A DNA stretch of 64,000 nt from IMG/VR virus record IMGVR_UViG_3300028048_000045, positions 96,001 to 160,000 of that record; one strand, 5' to 3'. The notes beneath the pieces were generated by a model that saw only the letters and a list, made by a program, of their open reading frames with translations, searched no databases and was not told the DNA's origin. Shown here in pieces: positions 48,036-58,283 of the stretch (position 1 is its first letter; each line of letters opens with the position of its first letter). This DNA comes from a virus (Duplodnaviria; Caudoviricetes). The translations under genes were made by a program, and so were the position numbers.

Positions 48036-50453
48036 TTATAGATTGTAACTAACAATACCAACTGTATCAGTTGATACTTTCTTAGGAACCTTACCCATAT
48101 CAGACAGACGAACTGTAAGATTAGCTAAAGTAGTTGTGTTATTTTTACCAATAAGAAGATTTTTCATATTCTTATCAGATATATCAATTTTATTCACATT
48201 TGTAACTTTAAAACTATTATCCAATTCGAATAACTTCTTAGGTTTATTAACACGGTTAGTATCTTCAAGAAGACTCTGTTCACCTTTCATAACATATGTA
48301 GATCCATCAGATGTATCTACTACACTACAAATAAGCATTTCATCAGAATCTCTTTCAATCTGAACCATTTCAACATTCTTTACATCATCATTGAAATCAA
48401 TCATTACCCCACTTGCAGATCTTCCAAGTTCAGGTATATCTGAAATCTTAATAAGGTGATAAGCACCTTTAGAATTCATGAAGATTACATAATCACAATT
48501 TGGATTTAATTTCTGAGCGAGGGCAACTCCTCCAACCTTTACAGATTGTTTACCAAACTGATCTACTGTGGTTATACGAATCTTAGAATCATCAGACACG
48601 ATAATAATCTTTTCATCTTCAGATGATACAGGAATAACTGATTTGATAATAGGTTCATCAGAAATTGTAATCCAACTATTAGTACCAACAATTTCAGAAA
48701 CATCAATACGTTTAGCTGCTCCATCATTTGTAAACACAATGATTGAATTAAGATCTGAATTAACATTATTCAAACCTATAATTTCTTTCACAGCTTTACC
48801 ATCAACTTTAACAGAACGTAATCCATTAATCAGATTTTTACTATTAAGTAAACCGTTCAAATCGAATATTGAATACTGATTTTTTGTCCAAATTACAGCA
48901 CCATTAGACATTGGAATTGTTGATGATTTCATATCATCCATTTCATCATTGTCCTGAACCATAGTTCTTCTAGGACGTCCATAAGTTGCTTTAATTTTAT
49001 CAAGATCAGTAATAATTTCATCATCTATTACAAGAAGTTTCCCATCAAGTTCATCAAGCTTTGTCTGAAGCTCTGCTACCTGATCGATAAGTGTTTGTTT
49101 AGAAAGTTTACTAAACTTATAACTCTGCATTTCTGTAATAGCTTTAGACTGAATATCAGTAAGTCCGTGTTTATTTGTAAGATATCTGATACAATCTTCC
49201 TGACCAGAAGATGTTTTTACGAAATTAATATATTCGTCAATATGATCATAAATCTTAATCATACCTTCGATAATATGTTTTCTAGTAGCAATATTGTTAT
49301 ACTGATACTGAATTTTTCGTGTCTTTGTTGTATACAATGTTTCATACCATTTTTCAATGATTTTCTTAATAGAAACATTATGAACAAATGAACCATCGAA
49401 TTCAATCATTGAACATGGAACGGTTTTACAAAGACAATATTTTTCAAGATCTCTAGCAACTTCAAGAATGTTAGCACTCTTATCGAATTCAACATCATAC
49501 TCAATATGAAGTTCACCTTCTCTTTCTGTTTTCATTTCGATAAGTTTAATAACTTTACTAAGAACAGCATGTTTCTTTTCGTTTTGAGTTTTTAAAGCAT
49601 TCAAAACATCCAATTCTGTCATTCCATAAGGAAGATCTTTAATTACAATTGTATTTTCTTCCCTATTGATTTCAAGAGTTGCTTTCATCTTCACATTTGC
49701 TGGGAGACCTAATTTATAACAAGCTTCGATTTCTTCAGCATTTGTAATAATTCCATAATTAGGACAATCTGGATAAAAACCTTCACAGAGTTCAATCAAA
49801 TCAATAGATTTATCTCTGATATATTTCTTACATACTTCTACAACATCATTTAAGTTATGAGGCATTACAGAAGTCATATAAGAATCAGCAATTCCATATG
49901 AACCGTTTACAAGTAACATAGGAATCTTGAATGGGATATAACAAGGTTCCTGATATTTAGCATTGTAGTTTGGTTGAAAGTCTACACATTCTGGACGAAT
50001 ATCCTCACAAACATCATCAAAGAATTTACTAAGACGACATTCTGTATAACGCGCAGCAGCTGCAGGGTCACCAGTTACTTTAGACCAGTTACCAGCACCA
50101 TCTATCAATGGATAATTATTTGTAAAATCTTTTGCCAATGTAACCATTGCCTGATAAGCTGAAGCATCTCCATGAGGATGCCATTTACCAAGAATACCAC
50201 CAACAATTTCTGCTGATTTACAATATGGTTTATTATGTCTATTATCGTTGAAAATCATATCCCAAAGACTTCTACGATAAATATCAATCAAACCATCTTT
50301 TTCAAATGGTACAGCACGTGCAAAAGTTGTAATCGCATATATTTTCTTATTTTGTATAATGGTTTTATACATTTCTTGTTTATCATATTTTTCTTCAAAA
50401 TCTTCAGGAATGTTGAAACCTAAAACGTTCTTTGGAATTTTACGTTTAGCCAT
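48036..50453 (-). CDS. gyrA: Type IIA topoisomerase subunit A (GyrA/ParC) with beta-pinwheel CTD
   Basis: RAVP..KDGL, KSAEIVG..GKWHPHGD, catalytic AAARYTE, LLVNGSYGIA, PHNL, blade motif ELGRSASGV. Confidence 0.9.
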   Translation of the reverse strand: MAKRKIPKNVLGFNIPEDFEEKYDKQEMYKTIIQNKKIYAITTFARAVPFEKDGLIDIYRRSLWDMIFNDNRHNKPYCKSAEIVGGILGKWHPHGDASAYQAMVTLAKDFTNNYPLIDGAGNWSKVTGDPAAAARYTECRLSKFFDDVCEDIRPECVDFQPNYNAKYQEPCYIPFKIPMLLVNGSYGIADSYMTSVMPHNLNDVVEVCKKYIRDKSIDLIELCEGFYPDCPNYGIITNAEEIEACYKLGLPANVKMKATLEINREENTIVIKDLPYGMTELDVLNALKTQNEKKHAVLSKVIKLIEMKTEREGELHIEYDVEFDKSANILEVARDLEKYCLCKTVPCSMIEFDGSFVHNVSIKKIIEKWYETLYTTKTRKIQYQYNNIATRKHIIEGMIKIYDHIDEYINFVKTSSGQEDCIRYLTNKHGLTDIQSKAITEMQSYKFSKLSKQTLIDQVAELQTKLDELDGKLLVIDDEIITDLDKIKATYGRPRRTMVQDNDEMDDMKSSTIPMSNGAVIWTKNQYSIFDLNGLLNSKNLINGLRSVKVDGKAVKEIIGLNNVNSDLNSIIVFTNDGAAKRIDVSEIVGTNSWITISDEPIIKSVIPVSSEDEKIIIVSDDSKIRITTVDQFGKQSVKVGGVALAQKLNPNCDYVIFMNSKGAYHLIKISDIPELGRSASGVMIDFNDDVKNVEMVQIERDSDEMLICSVVDTSDGSTYVMKGEQSLLEDTNRVNKPKKLFELDNSFKVTNVNKIDISDKNMKNLLIGKNNTTTLANLTVRLSDMGKVPKKVSTDTVGIVSYNL

Positions 50454-50508
50454 CTTACTTACCTACCTTTTCTCAAGTCTTAATTATTGTAAAAATATAT
50501 AATTGATT

Positions 50509-50715
50509 TTATGTTCGCATACATATTTCATTATACATTTCTTCTTTATTTTTAAAAGATAATCTATTCCCTTTACCGTCATAGACATCCGAATCACCAT
50601 TTGAAGTTGTGACTTTTAAAAAATCCGTAAAACCATTATGATTTTTAGGAGAATTTTTACAAATGTTATTAAATTCATTATATTTATTAAAAGCGTCATC
50701 TAAAGAACCAGACAT
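50509..50715 (-). CDS. Small hypothetical protein
   Basis: 68 aa, coupled to the upstream gene. Confidence 0.6.
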   Translation of the reverse strand: MSGSLDDAFNKYNEFNNICKNSPKNHNGFTDFLKVTTSNGDSDVYDGKGNRLSFKNKEEMYNEICMRT

Positions 50716-51011
50716 TAGTTTTTAACCTCTTTTTTCACATTAAGTGTTTCCATATCTAAAGTTTCGGTAAATTCTAATTTACCAGTTTTTTCAAGAAGTT
50801 CTTTTTCATCTTCTGTTAAAGGTCTGTTAAGATCTTTACCCATACCAGATTTAGCAATAGCTTCTTTAAATTCTGTTAATTGTTTTTTAGTTTCTTTATT
50901 AACTTTAATATTTACGAAGACCATATATATTAAGCCTAAAAGTAACCATAATGTAGTGATTGTACCAATTATAGTCATTATTATGATGTATATTTTAAGA
51001 AACATATTCAT
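50715..51011 (-). CDS. Small membrane protein
   Basis: N-terminal hydrophobic helix, GGGAG RBS. Confidence 0.65.
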   Translation of the reverse strand: MNMFLKIYIIIMTIIGTITTLWLLLGLIYMVFVNIKVNKETKKQLTEFKEAIAKSGMGKDLNRPLTEDEKELLEKTGKLEFTETLDMETLNVKKEVKN

Positions 51012-51093
51012 AAATTTCTCCCTTTTAAAGTATATATGTATGTATTTATCAATATAAAAAAAGAGAGGATTTTTTAACCCTCTCTTTTACATT

Positions 51094-52371
51094 TTATGAA
51101 TCAAATTGAATAAATTTCTTCATATTTGCAGGATATGTTTTGATAGTTAAATCATGCATCTTTTTCATAGATTTATTAAGAGAAGCATTCATTGGAATAC
51201 TAGATGTTAATCCAATATTCTTAATATTCATAATGTAGAATGAATCTCCAGCACATTTATTACATACAGATTTCTTTCCTTTACAATATAAAGGTGTACG
51301 AATTTTAATTGTTTTACCAATTAACTGTTGTAATATATCAGATGTTAATCTAACTTCTTTACCATTAATCAATGCATATCTAAACAGAATACTCTGCCAG
51401 TTTCCTTTTTCAACTTCATATGTTAAATAACCGTGTGAACCACAATCTGATCCTTTAACATCTAGTGTTACAGTTTGCATCATACCATTTGTATATTTAG
51501 CAAATGTACCACCTTTAGCAGTATTAACGCCGCGAGAATATGAAGCGTACAAAGCTTTATTTGCAATAAGGTCAAAGTTTTCAGGAGTAATTCCATCATT
51601 AAAAGCATTATTATTGATACGGAATTTACCAGTTGTTAAATCCATCATAGGACCATTTTCAATAACAGAGTTTTTATAGTTATTACCAAAATTAGGTTTC
51701 TTAACTTCATAAAGACGAAATGAAGGATCTTTTCCTAATTCTTCTTTAGCTTTATTTACTAAAGGATCTTCAATAAGTTTCTTATAATTAGCAATAACGT
51801 TATTATCAATAACTTCATTTTTAAGAAATTCCGGATGTTCTTTAAGTAACTGTTCTTTTAATTTCTTAACTTCTGGATTAGGAATAATTAATGCTGCTGA
51901 TACACCAGGTGTAAAAATTTCAGTATTATATCCCATCCAACACACAGTATTTTGATAAACCGCAAACTCATCAACTGATATTTTACCTTCCATAAGAAGC
52001 ATACCTAATTTAGAATTAAGTTTACCAAAATTATCTTTACCCATTGTCACGTTCATATATTCGAACTTATTACCAAAAGCATTTGCTATAATAAATGCAT
52101 TGAAAATAAAAATTCCAATAGTTGTATCTTTAACAGCTTTAGTTTGATTTGAAAGAATGTTTGCTGGCAAATCAAAATAATCAGTTACATTATATTTTGC
52201 GGGGCTCATGGTAATATTACCATCTTCATCTTGAGTTTGTGCTCCGCGAGAAAATAATTCAGTTAAAAAAGAACGAGTAACATTTTTAGGATCTGCAAGT
52301 TTTAAAATATCGTCTTTTATTTTATCCCATTCAAGTTTTCTATATACACCATAGTTATCTACAGCATTCAT
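51094..52371 (-). CDS. Virion RNA polymerase beta' middle subunit
   Basis: SRGVNTAKGG, DCGSHG, IRTPLYC...VCNKCAG, NIGL...SMKKMH; late promoter 52396-52409. Confidence 0.88.
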   Translation of the reverse strand: MNAVDNYGVYRKLEWDKIKDDILKLADPKNVTRSFLTELFSRGAQTQDEDGNITMSPAKYNVTDYFDLPANILSNQTKAVKDTTIGIFIFNAFIIANAFGNKFEYMNVTMGKDNFGKLNSKLGMLLMEGKISVDEFAVYQNTVCWMGYNTEIFTPGVSAALIIPNPEVKKLKEQLLKEHPEFLKNEVIDNNVIANYKKLIEDPLVNKAKEELGKDPSFRLYEVKKPNFGNNYKNSVIENGPMMDLTTGKFRINNNAFNDGITPENFDLIANKALYASYSRGVNTAKGGTFAKYTNGMMQTVTLDVKGSDCGSHGYLTYEVEKGNWQSILFRYALINGKEVRLTSDILQQLIGKTIKIRTPLYCKGKKSVCNKCAGDSFYIMNIKNIGLTSSIPMNASLNKSMKKMHDLTIKTYPANMKKFIQFDS

Positions 52372-52472
52372 AAGACAACCTCTTTATCAAATAATTATAT
52401 TCAAATGTCGACTGTAATGAAAAATTAAATCATTGACGACTATCTAATATATTTAAGATAAGGAGTTAATAA

Positions 52473-52748
52473 ATGGAAAATCAAATTATTCCTGGTGGTT
52501 TTTACAAACATTATAAAGGAACCACTGTTCAATTAGTTTCAGAAGGTATCGATGTTTCTACAAAAGAACCGATCATTATTTATAGGTATATGAATCCAGA
52601 AACAGTAGAATACGAATATTTCTCTAGAACTAAAAAAGATTTCTTTGGTAAAGTAGATAAGGAAAAATATCCAAATGCTCCGCAAGAAACTAAATTCAAA
52701 TATCTTAAAAGCGCATCAACTATCGTTATTAATGTAACTGATTTTTAA
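52473..52748 (+). CDS. DUF1653 family protein
   Basis: GFYKHYKG...IIYR...SRT..FF.KVDKEKYP. Confidence 0.8.
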   Translation: MENQIIPGGFYKHYKGTTVQLVSEGIDVSTKEPIIIYRYMNPETVEYEYFSRTKKDFFGKVDKEKYPNAPQETKFKYLKSASTIVINVTDF

Positions 52749-52800
52749 AAAAAAAGATGGGTCATTTAGGCCCACCTTTTTTTCAGCTGTTAATCAGGAA

Positions 52801-53322
52801 TTACTGATTTGTAGTATCAGTAGTTGTTCCTTTTTTAGCTGACTTTTTCAAACTCTCACGGAGTGTTTCCATCTCCTTCAAGAGTCTTTTGTTTTCAGCT
52901 TCGAACGCATCGCGTTCTGACTGAACCTGGTCTACATGTTCAGTGAATCCGAAGATATCCTTGAACATGTTTACAATCGATTTGCAATATTCTTTCAAGA
53001 ATTCTGCAACTGATTTGAGGGATCCGGCTTCAGCTTTGACCTGGTTAATTGACCAGGTTGCGAATTCCTTAATTTCTTCGGTAGAACCTTCGAATTCGAT
53101 GCGAGTTTCTGAGTTTCTAGAGATGGAATATTCTCCATCTACTACAAGCTTAGAAAGGAGATCGGTGATATCGTTTGGCTCTGCGGCAGTTTCGTGTTTG
53201 CCGGTATTACCATTGAAGAGTTTACTGAACCATTTTCCAGATCCAACATTACCATCAAAATGGAAATTTGATTTTCCATTTCCACTTGAATTCTTTGAAA
53301 GAACATAACTTACTTTTGCCAT
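52801..53322 (-). CDS. Early hypothetical protein with C-terminal coiled coil
   Basis: 173 aa; type A-like promoter/hairpin leader. Confidence 0.7.
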   Translation of the reverse strand: MAKVSYVLSKNSSGNGKSNFHFDGNVGSGKWFSKLFNGNTGKHETAAEPNDITDLLSKLVVDGEYSISRNSETRIEFEGSTEEIKEFATWSINQVKAEAGSLKSVAEFLKEYCKSIVNMFKDIFGFTEHVDQVQSERDAFEAENKRLLKEMETLRESLKKSAKKGTTTDTTNQ

Positions 53323-53427
53323 TTGTCTTACCCCCTATGGCTATTAAAAATTTTATAGGATTTTCTTCTTTAGTATCCTATTCATTATAATAATATATAA
53401 AAAAAAAGATTTCATTTGCAAAATAAA

Positions 53428-53454
53428 GATACAGAGGGTTCGACCCTCTGTATC
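53428..53454. terminator. Strong hairpin, terminator of the baseplate operon
   Basis: GATACAGAGGG-TTCGA-CCCTCTGTATC, T-rich tail on the minus strand. Confidence 0.75.
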
Positions 53455-53573
53455 AATAAATAAGTACGACTTATTCAAGGCAAAAGTAGGAGTTTAACAT
53501 GACAAAAAAGTACGTTACGCAAAGAAACGGACTTAAGAGACATATATGCAAAAGCAGCGCAAAAAGCGTTAGT

Positions 53574-54584
53574 TTATGAATAGATTCTATATTGGAAATC
53601 TATAGTTGAGTTATCGCGAGCAACCGAATAAGGATCGAATGTTAAGTGAGCAAACAACTCTGCATCATAGATTTCTGAATTCAATTTAATATTATTCAAG
53701 TTAGCTGTTGATTCTGACAAATCAGCAACTGGAGTAAGAACGTCATTACTATCTTTGTAAGCATCCAAACCGGTAATAAGACCGATTTCAGAAATACTTG
53801 CATTCTCAAGTGATTTATCAATAAAGGTAAACCATTCTTTAAATTCTTCAGCACTAATCTTCATACCCATATCGATGTAGTTAGTTTGAACTTTGTCACC
53901 TTTGAATGAGTTAACATAACCACCAACAGTTTCAGCATTTGGATCTTTAGCTGTATCGGCCCACATCGGAGTATAAGGTTTTCCATCAACCATCATTTGG
54001 ATACCGTCGGTATCATTGAAGTTGATTTTCTTGAAATAATATCCTTTCCAACCAGCAAATCTTGAATTTGATGGATAAATAATTTCCATCTTATACTGAC
54101 TTCTAATATCATTAGGAAGTGTATCATTTACCGGGATAAAGCGGAAAGGAATCATATTATAAAGTTTATTGTCTGTAGAATGAGGAGGCCATGAAGTATT
54201 ATAAACTGTACCATTAATAGCACCATCACCAGCACACCAATATTCTACTTTTCTTCTTCTGAAAAGATCAGAAGGCAATCTATCATTATGAGCTACAACT
54301 GTTGGAACTGAATCTCCAGTAGCAGGATCATATTCGCCAAGAACATTGCTATTAATAAACAAATGTTGTGACATATCCGGTTTAATAGGGAAATTGTCTT
54401 CAAGTAACTTTGTACGTCCTAAAAGAACAGTTTTGTTTTTACAAACTTTAATTTCCTGTGATCCTTCACTTTTACAGTTTTTAGCAGTAATAACAACACA
54501 TGTATCAAAACCTGTTTGATTCTGTTTAATATTTAAATCATCTGGAGTAATCAAACCATCAGATATTTTAACAAGTTTACGCAT
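53574..54584 (-). CDS. Putative baseplate/tail structural protein
   Basis: KNKTVLLGR, GDGA, IPFRF, ISEIGL..., FQYRIY pattern typical of myophage baseplate/tail proteins; start reassigned to MRKLVK. Confidence 0.55.
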   Translation of the reverse strand: MRKLVKISDGLITPDDLNIKQNQTGFDTCVVITAKNCKSEGSQEIKVCKNKTVLLGRTKLLEDNFPIKPDMSQHLFINSNVLGEYDPATGDSVPTVVAHNDRLPSDLFRRRKVEYWCAGDGAINGTVYNTSWPPHSTDNKLYNMIPFRFIPVNDTLPNDIRSQYKMEIIYPSNSRFAGWKGYYFKKINFNDTDGIQMMVDGKPYTPMWADTAKDPNAETVGGYVNSFKGDKVQTNYIDMGMKISAEEFKEWFTFIDKSLENASISEIGLITGLDAYKDSNDVLTPVADLSESTANLNNIKLNSEIYDAELFAHLTFDPYSVARDNSTIDFQYRIYS

Positions 54585-57552
54585 AATTTTTAGTTTCTCC
54601 TGTAGAAGTTTCAATCGTCAATTTACCATCCGATAAATTTATCGAATCTGTAATAGTCGATTTAATATTTATAGATAATTGATGTTTCAATTCTAATAAA
54701 TCTAATATTTTACAAGCACATTGCGTTAATATCGGATCGTATTTAAATTGATCATCTATATATTGAATTGTTGAATTTTCAATCTTCATATCATTATTTA
54801 TATTATCATAAAGAACGTTGTAAGCATTTAGATAGTATGTGTATAATAATTCAAATTCATCGCTACCTAAATCTACATTCAAAGAAGATTTAATATACTC
54901 ACGTAATCCAATTTTATCAATTGGTTTATACGTTTGCCAAACATTAATCGGGTTATAGAATAATTGAATATCCAAACCTTCATAAGATTTATCACCAAAC
55001 GTATAACGATAATCGATGGAATAAAGTTCTGAGAATACTGATAAGAATTCATTAAACAAAATAATCATATCATTGATATAATCTGAAGATGAACCGGATG
55101 TATCTGAATTTTCAGCTTCATATACTAATTTTGAAAATGAATCATTTACCCATTGTTTAAACACATCGATAATTTCATTTTGTAGTCTTGTTATTTCTAC
55201 ATTAGTAGGATTTTTTCCTAATTTGTCAAGTATATAAACTTTAAGTTTATCAGCTTCCAAACTAGTTAAATATTCAGTAAATGTAGTACAATCTCTAAAA
55301 ATGAAATAGATACTATTATTAGTTCTAGATTGATTAAGAATATAAGTCCAAGCTTGGAATTCTCTAAAATCGTAAGAATTTCTTAATTTCCAAGTAATAC
55401 GTTTTAGAAGATTAGGATATTGATTTTTATAATCATCTACCAATTCTTCAAATGTAGTATTGCTTGTAAATTCACCAAGCTGTCGTCCATTGGAATAGAA
55501 TCTGTATACAGTCATGTAATCTGAAAGATCTTCATCATCAATATCAAGATGCTTATGTCCATCAGCTGGAATTTTATCCAATGTTACAATATCTTTAAGT
55601 CTTACAGTTTCAATTCTTTCACCATCAACACCAACGAAGAAATCTTTAAAATCCTCTTCATTTTCTTTAATAAAATCTACAACTTTCCAAGTTGCAATTT
55701 CTGGAGAAATATCATATTGTGTTACGACTCTACCATCTACAATAACTTTATTTTCAAATGAAGTTTTTTCTAGAGCAAATTTTCCAAGTTGTCTAAAAAC
55801 TGCTGTAGAATTTATAACACAGTTATCCTTAATAATTACATCAGGATTTGAATAATTCTTCATCTGTTGTAACCAACATATTGCACCGAACAATGCAGCT
55901 GGTGGAACAGCTATATCAGCTTTAAAGAATGTTTTAATTTCGAAAAATTCTGGAGAGTCATTCTGATCAAAGAATTTCAACATCAAATAAAGTAAATCTC
56001 TAATTTGACGCTGTGATTCCAAAATATCTACAGTTCTTGTTAATGTAATATAACGTGTTAAGATTGAGTTGAAGTTTAATGCAAGTAATTCTTTTTTCAG
56101 AACTTCCTTTTTACTAGATTTTAACTCATTAGTGTCATCTGTAGACCAACCACCCCATAATTTGTCTTCATTAACAAAAATATCATAATCATGAATGATA
56201 TCTTCAGATGTTTTAGTATTAACATCTGTGGCAGAAACTTCTCTAAATACTAAATCTATAGAATTTTCCAATCCTCTAGATGTATCAATACTGATAGAAG
56301 CATCGTCGTCAGTTCTATATTTCTTTTCAAGATAATAACGTTTTAATTGCACATTAGGATCTTCAAGAATTTTTTCAAGAATAAGATTAAGAACGTAGTT
56401 ATTTCCTTTATTAGCGATTAAGTCGTTTAAGTTTTTAACAACTCGTTCTTTCAATTTAACATCACTGATTTTAGTTAAAGAAGAATATCCGTGTGAATTA
56501 AGAATATCGTTAAGATTCTTTTCGGTATAAATACCTAAAGAATATTTTTCAATATATGAATTCGAATAATTGATAATCGTATAATACAAAAGATTTTCAA
56601 TCATAAGAATATTATACAATGGTTGTTTACTATCGAATCCATCTATATAATCAAGTAAAACTTGTGTTTTAGCTTTATTATATGCTTTGAAAAAATAAGT
56701 CAATTCTGTATCAGATAAAACATTCTTTTTATATTTGATAATATCATAATTTCCCATCATTCTTAATTTAAATGGTGTATAAGATTCGCCAATAAATTTT
56801 AAATAATTGTAATTAGGATATTTTTCAATTACTTCATCAATGTGATCTTGAAGTATATAATACGAATATGTTAACGGATAATCTTCACTATTAATATCGT
56901 GAGCTTTAACCAGATTAATTGTATAAAGTTTATCATGAATTGCTAAAGCTGGAGCCCATGAACCTGTTGTTAAATAGAAATTAAGAGGATAAAATAATTT
57001 ATCTTCTTTATCGTAATAATAATATTGAGTATACGGATCTGGAGGTGAAGAATAATCTTCAATTAAACTATAACCCATTTCACCTTTATCAATATTTATT
57101 AAATAAACGATTTCAGCATTTGAATTTGGAACTCCCATGAATTGTCTATAATATTCATTTTTTTCTTCATATAGATAAATTCTAGATATTCGTAAAGCTG
57201 TTAAATAATCTTTATAAAGTTCTTTGTCTTTATTATCTTCCAAATCTTTAAAAGAAGATTCAGTCAACATATCTAAAACCAATTCATTATATATATATGG
57301 TTTAGATTTATCCGAAGATAAATAAACATGTACATACTCTTTATATTTCCTACGATCATCTTTATCATAATCGCTAAAATGATCAGTTTTAGTATATGCA
57401 CCATAATATGCATAGTAGTTTGCTATAGATTCCGAAGTTTCTTTTCTATTAGCTTCGTATTTGTTTTTGATAACTAAACTTCCAATAAAGTCTGCTATCT
57501 TTTCAATTTCCGCGGCTCCAGTTTCGGAGCGATAGACGTTCTCAAAACTCAT
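54577..57552 (-). CDS. Putative baseplate wedge protein
   Basis: 991 aa; YEEKNEYYRQFMGVP and LVKN-type motif NLNDLIANKGNN recall jumbo-phage baseplate proteins; late operon. Confidence 0.5.
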   Translation of the reverse strand: MSFENVYRSETGAAEIEKIADFIGSLVIKNKYEANRKETSESIANYYAYYGAYTKTDHFSDYDKDDRRKYKEYVHVYLSSDKSKPYIYNELVLDMLTESSFKDLEDNKDKELYKDYLTALRISRIYLYEEKNEYYRQFMGVPNSNAEIVYLINIDKGEMGYSLIEDYSSPPDPYTQYYYYDKEDKLFYPLNFYLTTGSWAPALAIHDKLYTINLVKAHDINSEDYPLTYSYYILQDHIDEVIEKYPNYNYLKFIGESYTPFKLRMMGNYDIIKYKKNVLSDTELTYFFKAYNKAKTQVLLDYIDGFDSKQPLYNILMIENLLYYTIINYSNSYIEKYSLGIYTEKNLNDILNSHGYSSLTKISDVKLKERVVKNLNDLIANKGNNYVLNLILEKILEDPNVQLKRYYLEKKYRTDDDASISIDTSRGLENSIDLVFREVSATDVNTKTSEDIIHDYDIFVNEDKLWGGWSTDDTNELKSSKKEVLKKELLALNFNSILTRYITLTRTVDILESQRQIRDLLYLMLKFFDQNDSPEFFEIKTFFKADIAVPPAALFGAICWLQQMKNYSNPDVIIKDNCVINSTAVFRQLGKFALEKTSFENKVIVDGRVVTQYDISPEIATWKVVDFIKENEEDFKDFFVGVDGERIETVRLKDIVTLDKIPADGHKHLDIDDEDLSDYMTVYRFYSNGRQLGEFTSNTTFEELVDDYKNQYPNLLKRITWKLRNSYDFREFQAWTYILNQSRTNNSIYFIFRDCTTFTEYLTSLEADKLKVYILDKLGKNPTNVEITRLQNEIIDVFKQWVNDSFSKLVYEAENSDTSGSSSDYINDMIILFNEFLSVFSELYSIDYRYTFGDKSYEGLDIQLFYNPINVWQTYKPIDKIGLREYIKSSLNVDLGSDEFELLYTYYLNAYNVLYDNINNDMKIENSTIQYIDDQFKYDPILTQCACKILDLLELKHQLSINIKSTITDSINLSDGKLTIETSTGETKNYA

Positions 57553-58283
57553 ATATTCGGTATCTCCGCTTTAGAAGTTACGTATTTAATATTGTATTGA
57601 GTGAATACAGGTTTAAATACATTCAATTTATTATTTTCCAAATTAGCCTGATAATGAATAAAGTAATTCTTAAGATCAGCTCTATTTTTTGGAGAAAGAT
57701 ATTGCCCATATTCTTTAATAAATCCTACTAAATCACCAAAAGTCATATCGAGTGATAAGAATGGCGCTATCTTAGGATTATCCATAGATTTATGAGCGGT
57801 CTCCGATAACATTACAGTTTGTACCAGTTTTCGTCTATGTAAATCTAATACTTCAGCTGCAATATCAAATGTGTTTATATCATTAGCGTTCTCTCGCAAA
57901 TGTTTTTCAAGTACAATAGAAACATAATCATACAATGTGAAAATTGGTCCGTGATGCATTTCTATTTTAGTTTTATCACCTTTTTCAGATTTAATATTTC
58001 CAAAAACAGAACATCGATCTAACTTACAATCTACTTTAAGATATGCTACATAAGCTTTATAAAGTTTAGATCTTCTAACTCTATTTTCAACAGATTTTAT
58101 AAATTTTTCACGAATTTTAGAATCTGATAAATCCAATGGTGATTTGTCAAATGGAAGATAATAATATTGAGCATCTTCCATACAAACTTGTACAGTTCCA
58201 TTTGATGTTTCTTTAGAAATGATATTAACCATTTTATTAGTTGTAGCTGGTAAATCTGGTGTCACATTAGTTAATTTAGCCAT
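57549..58283 (-). CDS. HNH-like protein
   Basis: RCSVFG...IEMHHGP...VMLSETAH resembles a beta-beta-alpha metal fold; late promoter 58302-58315. Confidence 0.45.
   Translation of the reverse strand: MAKLTNVTPDLPATTNKMVNIISKETSNGTVQVCMEDAQYYYLPFDKSPLDLSDSKIREKFIKSVENRVRRSKLYKAYVAYLKVDCKLDRCSVFGNIKSEKGDKTKIEMHHGPIFTLYDYVSIVLEKHLRENANDINTFDIAAEVLDLHRRKLVQTVMLSETAHKSMDNPKIAPFLSLDMTFGDLVGFIKEYGQYLSPKNRADLKNYFIHYQANLENNKLNVFKPVFTQYNIKYVTSKAEIPNI

Noticed and set aside
53428-53454. GGTTCGA resembling a tRNA T-loop
   Set aside because: It is the loop of a perfect 11-bp hairpin; no acceptor, D or anticodon arms.
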